Assembly: GCA_951406725.2 (NCBI GenBank)
Contig: OX597814.1
Span: 161,138,001-161,202,000 of the forward strand
Origin: Octopus vulgaris
Lineage: Eukaryota
Length of the DNA stretch: 64,000 nucleotides
Direction: 5' to 3'
Made by a program: the position numbers and the translations under genes. Under the pieces are notes generated by a model that worked only from the letters and a program-made list of their open reading frames with translations, was not told the DNA's origin and did no database searches. This document shows, in pieces, positions 25,878 through 37,052 of this stretch (its first letter is position 1; each line of letters begins with the position of its first letter).

Positions 25878-26090
25878 AAGGTGGTGAGCTGGTAGAATAG
25901 TTAGCATGCCTGATAAAGTGCTTAGCAGCATCTTGTCTGTCTTTATGCTTTGGATTAGAATAATGTTGGGGTCAACTTTGCCTTTCATCCTTTTGGGTTG
26001 ATAAAATAAGTACCACTCAAGCACTGTGGTCGATTTAATCAACTTAGCTCCACCTCTGAAATTGCTGGCTTTGTGCAAAATTTGAAGCCA
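25878..26090 (+). mobile_element. SINE-B copy
   Basis: aaggtggtgagctggtagaa head; gcctttcatccttttgggttgataaaataagtacc core. Confidence 0.8.
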
Positions 26091-26327
26091 ATATTAGTAG
26101 ACATTGTAATAATGGAAAGTAGCAAAGGAGCAAATGTATTTGATAATTTTTTGTATGAAGTGTTGGAAAACACATTCAATGAAACAATAAAAAATGTTGA
26201 GTGAAAGTAGATTGAAGATAGGGATCATGATAAGTTGTTTTAGAAGTGCTAGATAATATTGATGTAATTTGTGCTCTGAGAGCATGAACTGAAAAATTTC
26301 ATTAAAAAATGAATCCTTTTATTTCTG

Positions 26328-26557
26328 TTAAAACCTTTTAATACCAACCAATCTGAGACTGCCCCTTATTCAAAGATGAAAACTTCCTGTTTTGAAGTAA
26401 TCAACATTGAAACTTCTATAGAAATTTTTTATGTTAATTTTTATAATAATTTTGCCTAATAATGACAAAGTTATTTTATTAAATTTTTCATTATTTTAAA
26501 AATTAATGGAAACAATGTCATTGCATTCCAACTAAAACATGGTAATAAAAAGGTTAA
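26328..26557. mobile_element. Diverged piggyBac-type MITE (family 1-related)
   Basis: ttaaaaccttttaatacc ... ggtaataaaaaggttaa; interior similar to 24836-25062. Confidence 0.55.
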
Positions 26558-28713
26558 TATTTCAATGCTAATTCTATATGAAATAAAATAAAATGTTATT
26601 CTAAATGCTATTAATAAAAAGAAAGTAATTAGTACTAAACATCTATGTAGTTTTCTATACATGCATCTATGCAGTTTTCTAGTACAATTAGTACAATTAA
26701 TAGGATTTCCAGGAAAAAAAAATCACTTAATAAATACAACGGAAATTAATATAAACTACTTACATCTCAAAAGCAATTAATTTTCCTTGAGATAAATCAG
26801 CCTACTGATACTGAACATAATTTTATTCTCTTCTTTTCAATAATAGATGATACAGTGTGTCATCAATATTTATTAGTAGGCAAACTATTTCTGATTTAAA
26901 ATATTTAGTTCACTGTAAAACAATGATAGCAGTAAAGCATTATATTAAAATATGAATAAAAATGAAATTCAAAATTTGTTCTTTTTTTTTGTATCAAATA
27001 TATTTGGGAATGTTGTGAAATCTTTTACTAAATTGGTTTATCTTTTGAATAGTAACAATGACAAAGGTGGCAGCTATATAATAGTTTTTAGCTTGCATGC
27101 AAACTCTGGGAAAGGGAAGGGATATGATGACTCAGTAAATAAAGAAAAAGGATACAAAGGTATAAAATGCAAGCTGTTGTAGCTCTATGTGAATGCTTCC
27201 TGGTAAATAATGTACAACTATTTTGATATGAAAATATCTGTAGACCTAGAAATTTGAGAGAAGCGGCAGTCTATTTTCCTAGCTCTTATTGATCGATGCT
27301 CAGGAACCAAATATAAATTATAACAAGGTTGTGGCATTGAACCTCTTATTTTTTAAAAAAAAATTGCTGTTATCTAAAGCTATCAAAATATATAGGAAAC
27401 TGCTGAATAATCTGAAAGAGAAATAGTTTAATAAAGAAAAACAATAAAACAAAATAGAGAAAGGATTAATAATTTATTTGTTAAGAAGAATGAAAAAAAA
27501 AATCAATGAAAGTTAACATTAAAAAAGGCAACATTTTATAAGTAATTTTAAAAATTGCTAATTTAAACATATTTATTAAAAATTATTTAAAGCTTATTAT
27601 AAAAGCAGTTATGGCCCGTACATCAGTAATTGTTTATTTAAATTTGATTTTTTTTATTATGCTATAATTTTTTTATGAAGTTATAAAATGTAATTATGGT
27701 AATGACATTAAAAAAAATGAAGATAAAATATTTTTGGATCAATATGATATTGAAATTTAAATTAAGTCAAAATCAAAGAATTTATTTTCTTAGCATCTTT
27801 GTTAGGTTTAACCTCTGAGAATGAAATCATGAAATCATGCTGCATTCTTAAAATCAAAATATTTCAAATGAAATCTTGATGTGTGCAACTATTTACTTAT
27901 TCAGTCTTCCATTTATGCAAGATTTATATCTATGATGAATCACGAGTTATCTGATTTACAGGATTGAGATTATAATCTGAACAACTTGCTAATTTTAGGA
28001 GTATATAACTAAGTGAACTTGCAAGGGATGATGCAAAAAAAAAAGGAAAAAATTCTTGTATGTTGACTATTTATGAATTTGTTTAGATTTATGACTAGAC
28101 AAGTATGATATGAATCTGTAAGAATTTCACTAAATATTTATTTTCATATAACAGTTTTATAATTTAAAAATGATTCAACATGATGATTGGTAATAAGAAT
28201 ATAATTTGTGTATTATTTTTCTGCATATACGGAGAGCAACAAGATGATTTCAGATCTGTTTAAAGTTCCCTGGGTGGTTTAAAATTTGTAGTTTAACTAT
28301 TTTGAATTTACCTTAAATTTTCTAATAGATGTATTAGTGTTTATCAATTATTTAATCATGCTGCTGACAAATGCACAATATACAAATTAGTGTAGACATT
28401 GCAACTAATTTTTAGTTTGTAATTGTTTTAAAACTCTATTTGCTAATAACTTCCTACATAATCAGAGAAATGGGGGTATTGTCTATTGATGAGTAATTAA
28501 CAAATCCTGAAAAATGTTCAGGCAATCTCCTTTATTTTTCTATGTGTGAAGAGAACAACAAAATGTATTCACAACACTTTAAAATTCTACAGTGAAAGGC
28601 TTAAAAACTAATTTAACTTCTTTGAATTTATGCTAGATTTTCTAATACATGCTGTGTTGTGTATAAGTATTTATTCAATGAATAAATTAAATAAATAATG
28701 TCACATGAAATAT

Positions 28714-29253
28714 ATGTACAAAGTCATACTCAACATGTTCAAGTGCCCTCAGACATAAGAAGACCTTTCACTGTAGAGCCAGCACTCTTACACTTGTATA
28801 AAGATACAAGATTTGCTGTGAATGACACCATTGGATTTTAGGTTGATTTGATTCTTTTTGTCATTTCACTTTGTATAGTATGAAAGCCAAATCTATTACT
28901 CACAGCAGGTAAGAATGAAATTATTCTTATTAAACACTTCTTCCAGTGATATTATGTGCTTAATTCTAGCGTGACCAAGTTTTACACAAATCAGCATATA
29001 TTTCATATGTTCCATATGTAAGAATGAATAATTTCATTCTTACCAGGCTATGAGTGACAGATTTGATTTATATAGCTGAAGAAAGGGAATAACATGGAAA
29101 CACATGCCTCCTACAATCCATTGATGGCATTCACAGCTTATTTTGTGTCTTTATACATTTCTAAATGGAAAATGTTTTTCTGTGACCAGCTCTACAGTAA
29201 AAGGTCTTTTCATGTATGTATGCACTCAAATGTGTTGAATATTATTCTTACAT
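28714..29253. repeat. Long imperfect inverted repeat (fold-back/MITE-like), ~215-bp arms and ~100-bp spacer
   Basis: ggtaagaatgaaattattc (28908-28926) is the exact reverse complement of 29026-29044; further arm blocks agacctt.actgtagagc and tgtataaaga.acaa..gctgtgaatg. Confidence 0.8.
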
Positions 29254-29256
29254 GAG

Positions 29257-29315
<59 letters not shown>

Positions 29316-29839
29316 ATATCTATATACTCTACTGCTCTATAATCTAGAGTATGCTTCTTTTTTTGATTTATGATTTACTGATGATATACACACACACACG
29401 CACGCATGCACACATGCATGCACGCACACACAGAGTCAACAGATGAGATCCAGAGATTTTCAGTATAGAAAATACTTAGTAGCACTCAAATGATTTGAAC
29501 TTACACTCTGATATCTTTGCTGGGGACCAAGTCTGCAGTGTAAAGTATGGCTATAAGAGGAATCTAGGCGAGCAGATATGGAAGCAATTATGCGATTAAA
29601 CAAATAAAACTGCTTGGATTTGCTATACTAATTACAATTATCTACGTTCATACATGTAAATAAAGAGAAAGCAAATTTTGTCATAATTTTCTTTAAAACT
29701 GAACCCATTAAGTATTTTGGGCGAACAAATTTTCAGACGATGAATATTCAAATATAAATATATAGATATTATATTTTAATAGAGCAAACTACCACAAACG
29801 ACAGAGGAAATTAAAGGGGAGAAGATATGGTATTGTAAG

Positions 29840-30128
29840 TCTGACAGCTGTATCTGGGGCCTTGGAGATCCTTGTAAAAAGCACCAACCGATCGTGAAAA
29901 ACACCAACTGATCGTGGCTATTGCCAGCCATGCCTGGCATCTGTGCTGGTGACATGTAAAAAGCACCCACCACACTCACAGAGTGGTTGGTGTTAGGAAG
30001 GGCATCCAGCTGTAGAAATACTGCCAGGTCAGACTGGAACCTGGTGCAGCCTCCTGGCTTCTCAGACCCTGGTCAAACAGTCCAACCCATGCTAGCATGG
30101 AAAATGGACGTTAAATGATGATGATGAT
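29840..30128 (+). mobile_element. LINE-R 3' UTR/tail
   Basis: aaaaagcacc repeats, ggaagggcatccagctgtagaaa, ccaacccatgctagcatggaaa, (GAT)n. Confidence 0.8.
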
Positions 30129-30160
30129 GGTATATACACAGACACATCTATCTAGGTATA

Positions 30161-30469
30161 TGTGCATCTATATATATATTAATATAACAGAAGGTTGCAA
30201 TATTTCACCTAAATGTGACTAGGGTGTTAAGAAATACCTACATTGCTAGAAATAAGAGCTAAAATACTCTAATGCTGTAGTTAACTCACATGAATGAAAA
30301 CATACACACTAACAGAGACCAGAATTGTCTAAAAAGTGCCAAGTGAGAATTCTTAGTACTGACGCCAGTTTTGGCAATTTCTATTGCTTCATCAGTTAAG
30401 CCTGCTTGACGTTGGCTTTTTTTCAGACTAGCTTCTCTATTAGAATATATGTTTTTGTCATCCAAATTA
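30161..30469 (-). repeat. Hammerhead-containing repeat unit, copy A (inverted)
   Basis: Reverse complement of copies B and C over ~300 bp. Confidence 0.85.
30352..30400 (-). ncRNA. Type I hammerhead ribozyme motif, mutated (copy A)
   Basis: cttaa CTGATGA agcaat-agaa-attgcc AAAA ctg-gcgt-cag TA ctaag; GAAA changed to AAAA plus two stem mismatches. Confidence 0.7.
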
Positions 30470-30508
30470 AAAGAAAAGCTAGTCTGTAAAAAGCTGAAAT
30501 CAAGCGGG

Positions 30509-30837
30509 CTTAACTGCTGAGGCAATGGAAGTTGCCGAAACTGATGTCATCATCATCATCATCGTTTAACGTCCGCTTTCCATGCTAGCATGGGTTGGAC
30601 AATTTGACTGGGGACTGGCGAACCAGATGGCTGCACCAGGCTCCAATCTGATCTGGCAGAGTTTCTAACGCCAACCACTCCAAGAGTGTAGTGGGCACTT
30701 TTACGTGCCTCCGGCACGAGGGCCAGTCAAGTGGTACTGGCAATAGCCATGCTCAAATGGTGCTTTTTTACGTGCCACCCACACAGGGGCCATTCAAGTG
30801 GTACTGGCAATGACCCCGCTCGAATGTCAGTATTAAG
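30509..30837 (+). ncRNA. Type I hammerhead ribozyme motif (copy B), split by a LINE insertion
   Basis: cttaa CTGcTGA ggcaat-GGAA-gttgcc GAAA ctg-atgt-ca[insert]g TA ttaag; stems I, II and III all pair; GUA cleavage triplet. Confidence 0.75.
30550..30823 (-). mobile_element. LINE-R 3' fragment inserted into hammerhead stem III
   Basis: (CAT)n..ccatgctagcatgggttggac; TSD atgtca at 30544-30549 and 30824-30829. Confidence 0.85.
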
Positions 30838-32703
30838 AATTCTCAGTTGGCACTTTTCAGACAATTCAGGCCTCTGCTAGTGTATATGTTTTCATTTATG
30901 TGCATTAACTACAGCATTAGAGCATTTTAGCTCTTATTTCTGGCAACGTAGGTGTTTCTTAACACCCTAGTCACATTTAGTAACAGTTATAATACTCTTT
31001 TTTGGTGAAACATTGCAAACTGCTATTTATATTAATCTTCTGTATACACATTAGCAAATCACTAAATCATCTATAATTTGGATGATGCAAACATATATTC
31101 TAATTGAGAAACTAGTCTGAAAAAAGGCAAGATTCTGTGGGCTTAACTGATGTCAGAATTAAGGATTCTCAATTAGCACTTTTTGGATAATTCAGGTCCC
31201 ATTTAGTGTATATGTTTTCATTCATGTGCATTACTTATAGCATTAGAGCCTTTTAGCTCTTATTTCTAGCAATGTAGGGGTTTCTTAACACCCTAGTCAC
31301 ACAAACACAGACACAGACACACACATAGATGTATATATGTATATGATGGACTTCCACACAGCTTCAGTCTATCAATTTTCAGAGAAGGTATGGTCAACTT
31401 GAGGCTAAAGAAGATATGTAATCAAGGTGCTATGATAGAACTCAAAACCATATCGTAGTGAAGCAAACTTCTTAACACTGCTATACCTGCTTTCTGCTAC
31501 TTGCTATATTCCTGAATCACGAGTGTAGAATTTATTGGGTTTTTTTCTTGTTTGCAGATATGTGTTATCAAAATATTTCATTAAATCAATGTGGCATATT
31601 GTAGAACTCCTAAAAGGTTAAAGGCTGCAGCTGTTTCAAAGGAACTTTTCCTTATAAAAAACAAAAAAGAAGTAAAGAAAAAGCAGGGAGAAATTACCAA
31701 TACTAATCTGATATTCTTATTCAATACTTGCAAAATATTTTCATTTCGGTTGTTATTGATAACCCTTAAGTAAAAACTACTTAAACATAAATAAAAGTAA
31801 TAATTACCACACAGCTCATTATGATAATTTTCTCCTATCATTGCGTAAGTATTTTTTGATGAAATCTTGAGATATATATTTGAGATTATATTTACCTACT
31901 TGTTATTCGTTTTTGTGTGTTTGTTTTTGTAACTGAAACCAGCAGGTACCGTACAAGCTATTGCAAGACTAATGGTATGTGAATTAGAAGGAAGAAATGT
32001 TAGCAAGTAGCTAGTTGCTATATTTAGTGTTTGATATAGCCACGCATAAAAGAATGAAAGCAAATTATCTTTTTGTCTGAGATTTCCTGTTGCTTAAAAA
32101 CGTAGTGCAAGAAAACTTTGCCAGAGACATATTCATGAACATCCTACTCTTTTTATTTTCAACAGACATGGTAAGATGATATTTCAAGATGCTGTTGTAG
32201 TATTCCGAATGTAAAAATTAACATAGTTAATGATGACGATGGTGATGATGATGACAATGATGATGATGATGTTGGTGTTTATTTAAATTTTAATGGCTTA
32301 ATCAAAGGAGGAAGAGCAGCTTCCATGATTTCTTTTCAAGGCATCTGAGACTAGTGAGAGAAACAAAGGAAGATCAGAGGCCTGATGCAAATTCTCGCAA
32401 CAGAGTTGATTCCACAAAAAGCCAGAGCTGATGGTGGTGCTATTTTAACCATGCAATGGATTAAGTCTACTACCCAAGATAAAGAACAGTTCCTCCAACA
32501 GGTTTCCACACAGTTTCCATCTACCAAATTTCACTCATGAGACATTGGTTGACTTGAGGTTAAAATAAAAGACACTTAAAGACACTTTCTCAAGAGGCCA
32601 CACTGTGAGATTGATCCTGAGACTCATAGTTGCAAAGCAAACTTCTTAAGCTTGCTTCGATACCTGTTACTGATAATGATGATGATGATGATGTTGATGA
32701 TGG

Positions 32704-32740
<37 letters not shown>

Positions 32741-33419
32741 ATGACGATGACGAATATGTTGGTGGTGATGTCTTTTTTGATTTATTGAACTCTATGATTT
32801 ACAACTAACAAGGAATCTAAGGGTTTCTCAACCCTTTAAAATCAGTAGTTCCCAGATTTTTTATGTCCTGTGCATCCCTAGAAAGTGTTTGATTAATTTT
32901 CACACCCCTACAAAAGTAATGTCACATTTGAAGATGTAAAAGTCAATTTTGTAATAATTTTCTTTAAAACTGAACCCATTGAGTATTTTGGGTGAACAAA
33001 CTGAACTAAAATAAATAAGAAAATAACTGTTAAATTTGGTATATAAAATGCAAATGTAAGCTGAATAATTAGAAAAAGACTGTAAACAGTAAAATTATTG
33101 ACAATTGTGAACATAAAACTCAATGACTTCTTTGTTCCTGCCTCCCATTCATGACTTTATCAAAATGTGGAACTTACTGATTGCAATCTGCCAGTCTGCT
33201 TGTTAATTCCTTGGTTGATGAAAGAGAACTAAATTCAGATTCACACGTGCATGTTGTTACAAGTAGAATAAGGACACAATATTTGGTTATAATCTCTCAA
33301 GGGTTAGATCTACATACGAAGAATAATAAAATTCTTGGTATACTTAGAACATGTTATGTTATTTTTAAGAGTTAATCATATTTTGGAAAGTAATTTTAAT
33401 AAAATATGTATTCACCATT

Positions 33420-33795
33420 CAGATGCTATGCGTATTGCTTTGTGGTTAAGAAGTTTGCTTCCTAAACACATGATTTTGGGTTCAATCCCACTATATGATA
33501 CTTGGTCCTTGGGCTGTTGAAGCCTTGTGAGAGAGGGTTTGGTAGACAGAAACTGAAAGAAGCCCATCACGTGTGTGTGTGTGTGTGTGTTCTTGTCTTG
33601 AGTCTGTATGATGGTTGTAAAAGAATGCTGTTGTTTTACAAGTAGTACCATTATTTTGAATCTTCCATAAAAACATGCCCAGCTAGAAATAGATGAGGGT
33701 TGGCAAGTGGAAGAGCATCCAGCCATTGAAAATCTGCCTTGAAAATTCTGTCTGACTCAAAACACATTGAAAAAATGACAATGATGATGATGATT
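33420..33795 (+). mobile_element. SINE-A head with LINE-R-like tail (variant SINE)
   Basis: tgtggttaagaagtttgcttcc head, then ggaagagcatccagcc..gaaaatctgcc..(GAT)n tail. Confidence 0.6.
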
Positions 33796-34169
33796 AGGAG
33801 GATAAGGATGATGATATACATTTCCTTTTAATTGCAACCCTTGAAATGTCATCTTGCAACCCCAGGAAGTTCCAGTACTTCCAAGTTGAGAATCCCTGTT
33901 TTAGATTGTACTCTCACATTCTATTATCTAACATACAGCAGAACAAGTTGATTAGGTAAGCAAATATATTTTCTATAGAAATGAGATGAATCTATATAAC
34001 TGTTAGCAGCTTGTCTTTAGATACCTACTGTAAAGTACAACAAACAATAGTTTGAAAAAATGTATTTAATATTGTTATATATCCAAAATGACTACTGAAT
34101 GCTGTTCAACTATACATAACAGTTGGCAGCTTTAGCTTCAGGTTCAGTCATATTCCTATAAAGTAGTAA

Positions 34170-34865
34170 GAAGTGCCACTCCCAAACTGTTGAAGGAATC
34201 TGGGGTAGAGGTAGACCTAGGAAGATATGGGATGAGGTGGTCAAGCATGACCTTCGTACATTGGGCCTCACAGAGGCTATGACGAAAGACTGAGATCTCT
34301 GGAGATATGCTGTGACTGTGAAGACCTTACAAATGAAGTGAGTTCATGGCTTGCAGGACAGCTTGCTGTGCTAACCTTGGATTGTAGGGCGACCTGCTGT
34401 GCTTGTGGAGACCTATTGAGTGAAGTACATCAACATCAAAATAAAAATCAAATGGATATTGTAGTTGTGATACCCATGCCGGTGGCACATTGGGCCTCAC
34501 AGTGGAAATGATGAAAGACAGAGACCTCTGAGATATGCTGTAACTGCGATGACCCGACAAATGAAGTGAGTTCATAGCTTGCAGGATGACCTGCTGTGCT
34601 AACCTTGGATTGTAGAGTGACTCGTTGTGTTTGAGGAGACCTATTGAGTCAAGTATGTCAACACCAACATCAAAATAAAAATCAAATGGAAATTGTAGTT
34701 ATGATACCTGTGCCAGTGGCATGTAAAAAGCACCATCCCAATGTGGCTGATGCCAGTGCCGCCTGACTGGCACATAAAAAGCACCCATTACACTCACGGA
34801 GTGGTTGGCATTATGAAGGGCATCCAGCTGTAGAAACAGTGCTAGGTCAGAGTGGAGCCTGGCGC
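34170..34865 (+). mobile_element. LINE-R ORF2 end plus 3' UTR with internal ~230-bp tandem duplication
   Basis: CHSQTVEGIWGRGRPRKIWDEVVKHDLRTLGLTEAMTKD*DLWRYAV; 34258-34487 repeated at 34488-34720. Confidence 0.85.
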
Positions 34866-35043
34866 TCACACCTACCCAACATTTGTCATTCTAAACATAA
34901 ACAGTCACTTCAATGAAATCTGAAAGCTACTAGAAAATATATGAGTAATTCAAAATAATATGAATGTATGAGCATAGCATCCTGGCGGCAGCGATGATGA
35001 TGATGATACATATGACAGAATAATTTGAATACTAAAGGGTTAA
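34863..35043. mobile_element. piggyBac-type MITE family 2, partial
   Basis: Ends gaatactaaaggg|TTAA; interior is the reverse complement of part of 44249-44476. Confidence 0.55.
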
Positions 35044-35371
35044 ATATTGTTAAGAATTGTATAGAAAAAGTGTTAAAATATTTTATTTATTGTAAAAGTA
35101 TAACCAATTTATTGTGCATAAAATTTTAATCACAAACTCTTATATGGACCCTGGTTGAGAACCTGTGCTCTATATGGTTACTGAGTCTGCTAGAAATAGC
35201 AATCAAGTCTTCTTAAATTCGTGTGTTACTGTTTCATTGGATATTACAGTTGTAGATATACAAAGCAGTAATTGGATGGTCATGGCTGGAATACCTTTGA
35301 TCATAGGTCTGCTCAGTCAGGATTGACTTGGGATTAAGTAAGCTGAGTATATATATATATAACGATAAACA

Positions 35372-35659
35372 TCACCCTTTTCAAGCCTAGCCAGGCTCAT
35401 GGGCCTGGTTTCCCAGTTTCTGTGGCATAAATGTTCCCCCCAGCTGGATGGTATGCCAGTCCATTGCAGCATTACTCAAGAAACAGGAAGAGAGAGAGAG
35501 AAAGTTGTGGTGAAAGAGTATAACAGGGGTCGCTACCAATCCCTGCCGGAGCCTTGTGGGGCTTTTAGGTGTTTCGCTCAATGCCCGGTCTGGGAATCAA
35601 AACCATGATCCTCCGACCGCGAGTCCGCTGCCCTAACCACTGGGTCATTGTGCCTCCAC

Positions 35660-35660
<1 letters not shown>
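35372..35660 (-). mobile_element. tRNA-derived SINE-C copy
   Basis: Head gtggaggcacaatgacccagtggttagggcagcggactcgcgg as at 5518; different tail (cccatgagcctggctaggcttgaaaaggg). Confidence 0.8.
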
Positions 35661-35712
<52 letters not shown>

Positions 35713-36231
35713 ATTAGATTGATATTTCAGGGACATGAAGACTGTAGCATAGTAAATAAATAAGTTGAAAAGAATCTTGCTTGTAAAAATGAAAACCATC
35801 TGTACAATAACTTTTATTTTTAAAACTGCCATACAATAATGCTCTTATCTTTACAAAATGTTTTTAATAAAAGATGGAATTTAGGTAATGTCTTTTGTTA
35901 ATGAATCATTAAAAAAAATATAAACAGCAGAATAGATAATAAAACTGTAGTGAAATCTTTCAGTTTAATTTTATTTTCTGAGAAGCAAGTATCTTTGTTT
36001 GAAGTGTTTATCAATGAAAGTAACACGTAGAAAAAAAAAGTGTTTATTGTGGATGATAAGTTAAGTACTGTTAAAAGAAATGTTTTATTTTCAAACCTGT
36101 GATATCTTTACTTTAATGTAAATGATTCATGACAAATTGGAATTTAACGGGCAATTTGCAGTTGTTTTGGTAAGTGTTACTTGATAGTATATATTTATGA
36201 TAGTATTGTATACCTGTGACTTTTTTTAATT

Positions 36232-37052
36232 TTCACTTGCTTCAGTCATTGAACTTTCATGTTGGAGCATTGCTTTGAAAGGTTTAAGTTGAACCAAAAA
36301 ATGACATCTGGTACACATTTTTAAAGTCTGGTACTTATTCTATTGGTCTCTTTTGCTGAACTGTTAATTTACTGGGATGTAAACAAACCAACACTGGTTG
36401 TCAAGTGGTGGTGGTGGAAGACATGCACACACATGATGAGCTTTCATACAGTTTCTCTCTAACAAATTCACTCCCAGGGTATTGGACAGGTTGGGGCTAT
36501 AGAAGACACCTGCCTAATGTGGTACATAGTGGAACTGAACCCAAAACCATGTGGTAGTAAAACGAGCTTCTTAACCACATAGCTATGCTTGTGCCTATCT
36601 TTGTCTCACTTGTTTCAGTCATTAGACAGCAGCAATGCTGGGGCACTGCCTTGAAGAACTTTTTAATCAAATGAATTGATTCTAAGTCTGGTACTAATTC
36701 TATCAGTCTCTTTTGCCAAACTGCTAAGTTACAGGATAAAAACACTGGTTGTCTAGTGGTGGTGGAAGACAAACACAGACTCAAAGACACACACACACAC
36801 ATCTCTCTCTCTATATATATATATATACACACACACACATATATATACATTGATTGATTAGATTGATTAAATATATATATAGACACATATACATACACAC
36901 AATGGTCTTTCAGTTTCCATCCACTGAGTCCACCCATAAAACTTTGGTTGGCCTAACGCTATAGTAGAAGCCTTTTGCTCAAGGTGCCATGCAGTGGGAC
37001 TGAACCCAGAACCATGTGGTTAGGAAGCAAACTTCTTACTACACAACCACAC
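36232..37052 (-). mobile_element. Two adjacent SINE-A copies (36232-36595 and 36598-37052)
   Basis: Two cacttg.ttcagtcatt tails and two gaaccatgtgg heads in the same orientation. Confidence 0.75.

Larger units (their letters stand above)
30472..31301 (+). repeat. Tandem copies B and C of the ~353-bp hammerhead-containing unit
   Basis: cttaactg anchors at 30509 and 31142 are 633 bp apart, or 353 bp after removing the 280-bp insertion plus TSD; downstream 30838-30974 matches 31165-31301. Confidence 0.85.

Noticed and set aside
30286-30525. 79-aa ORF across the hammerhead repeat
   Set aside because: Spans the inversion junction, has a non-ATG start and no RT or GIY-YIG motif; the unit appears non-coding.
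32817-33897. Large hAT element bounded by gggtttctcaac / gttgagaatccctg
   Set aside because: TIR-like ends are present but there is no matching 8-bp TSD, and several overlapping hAT-like fragments make boundaries unresolvable by eye.
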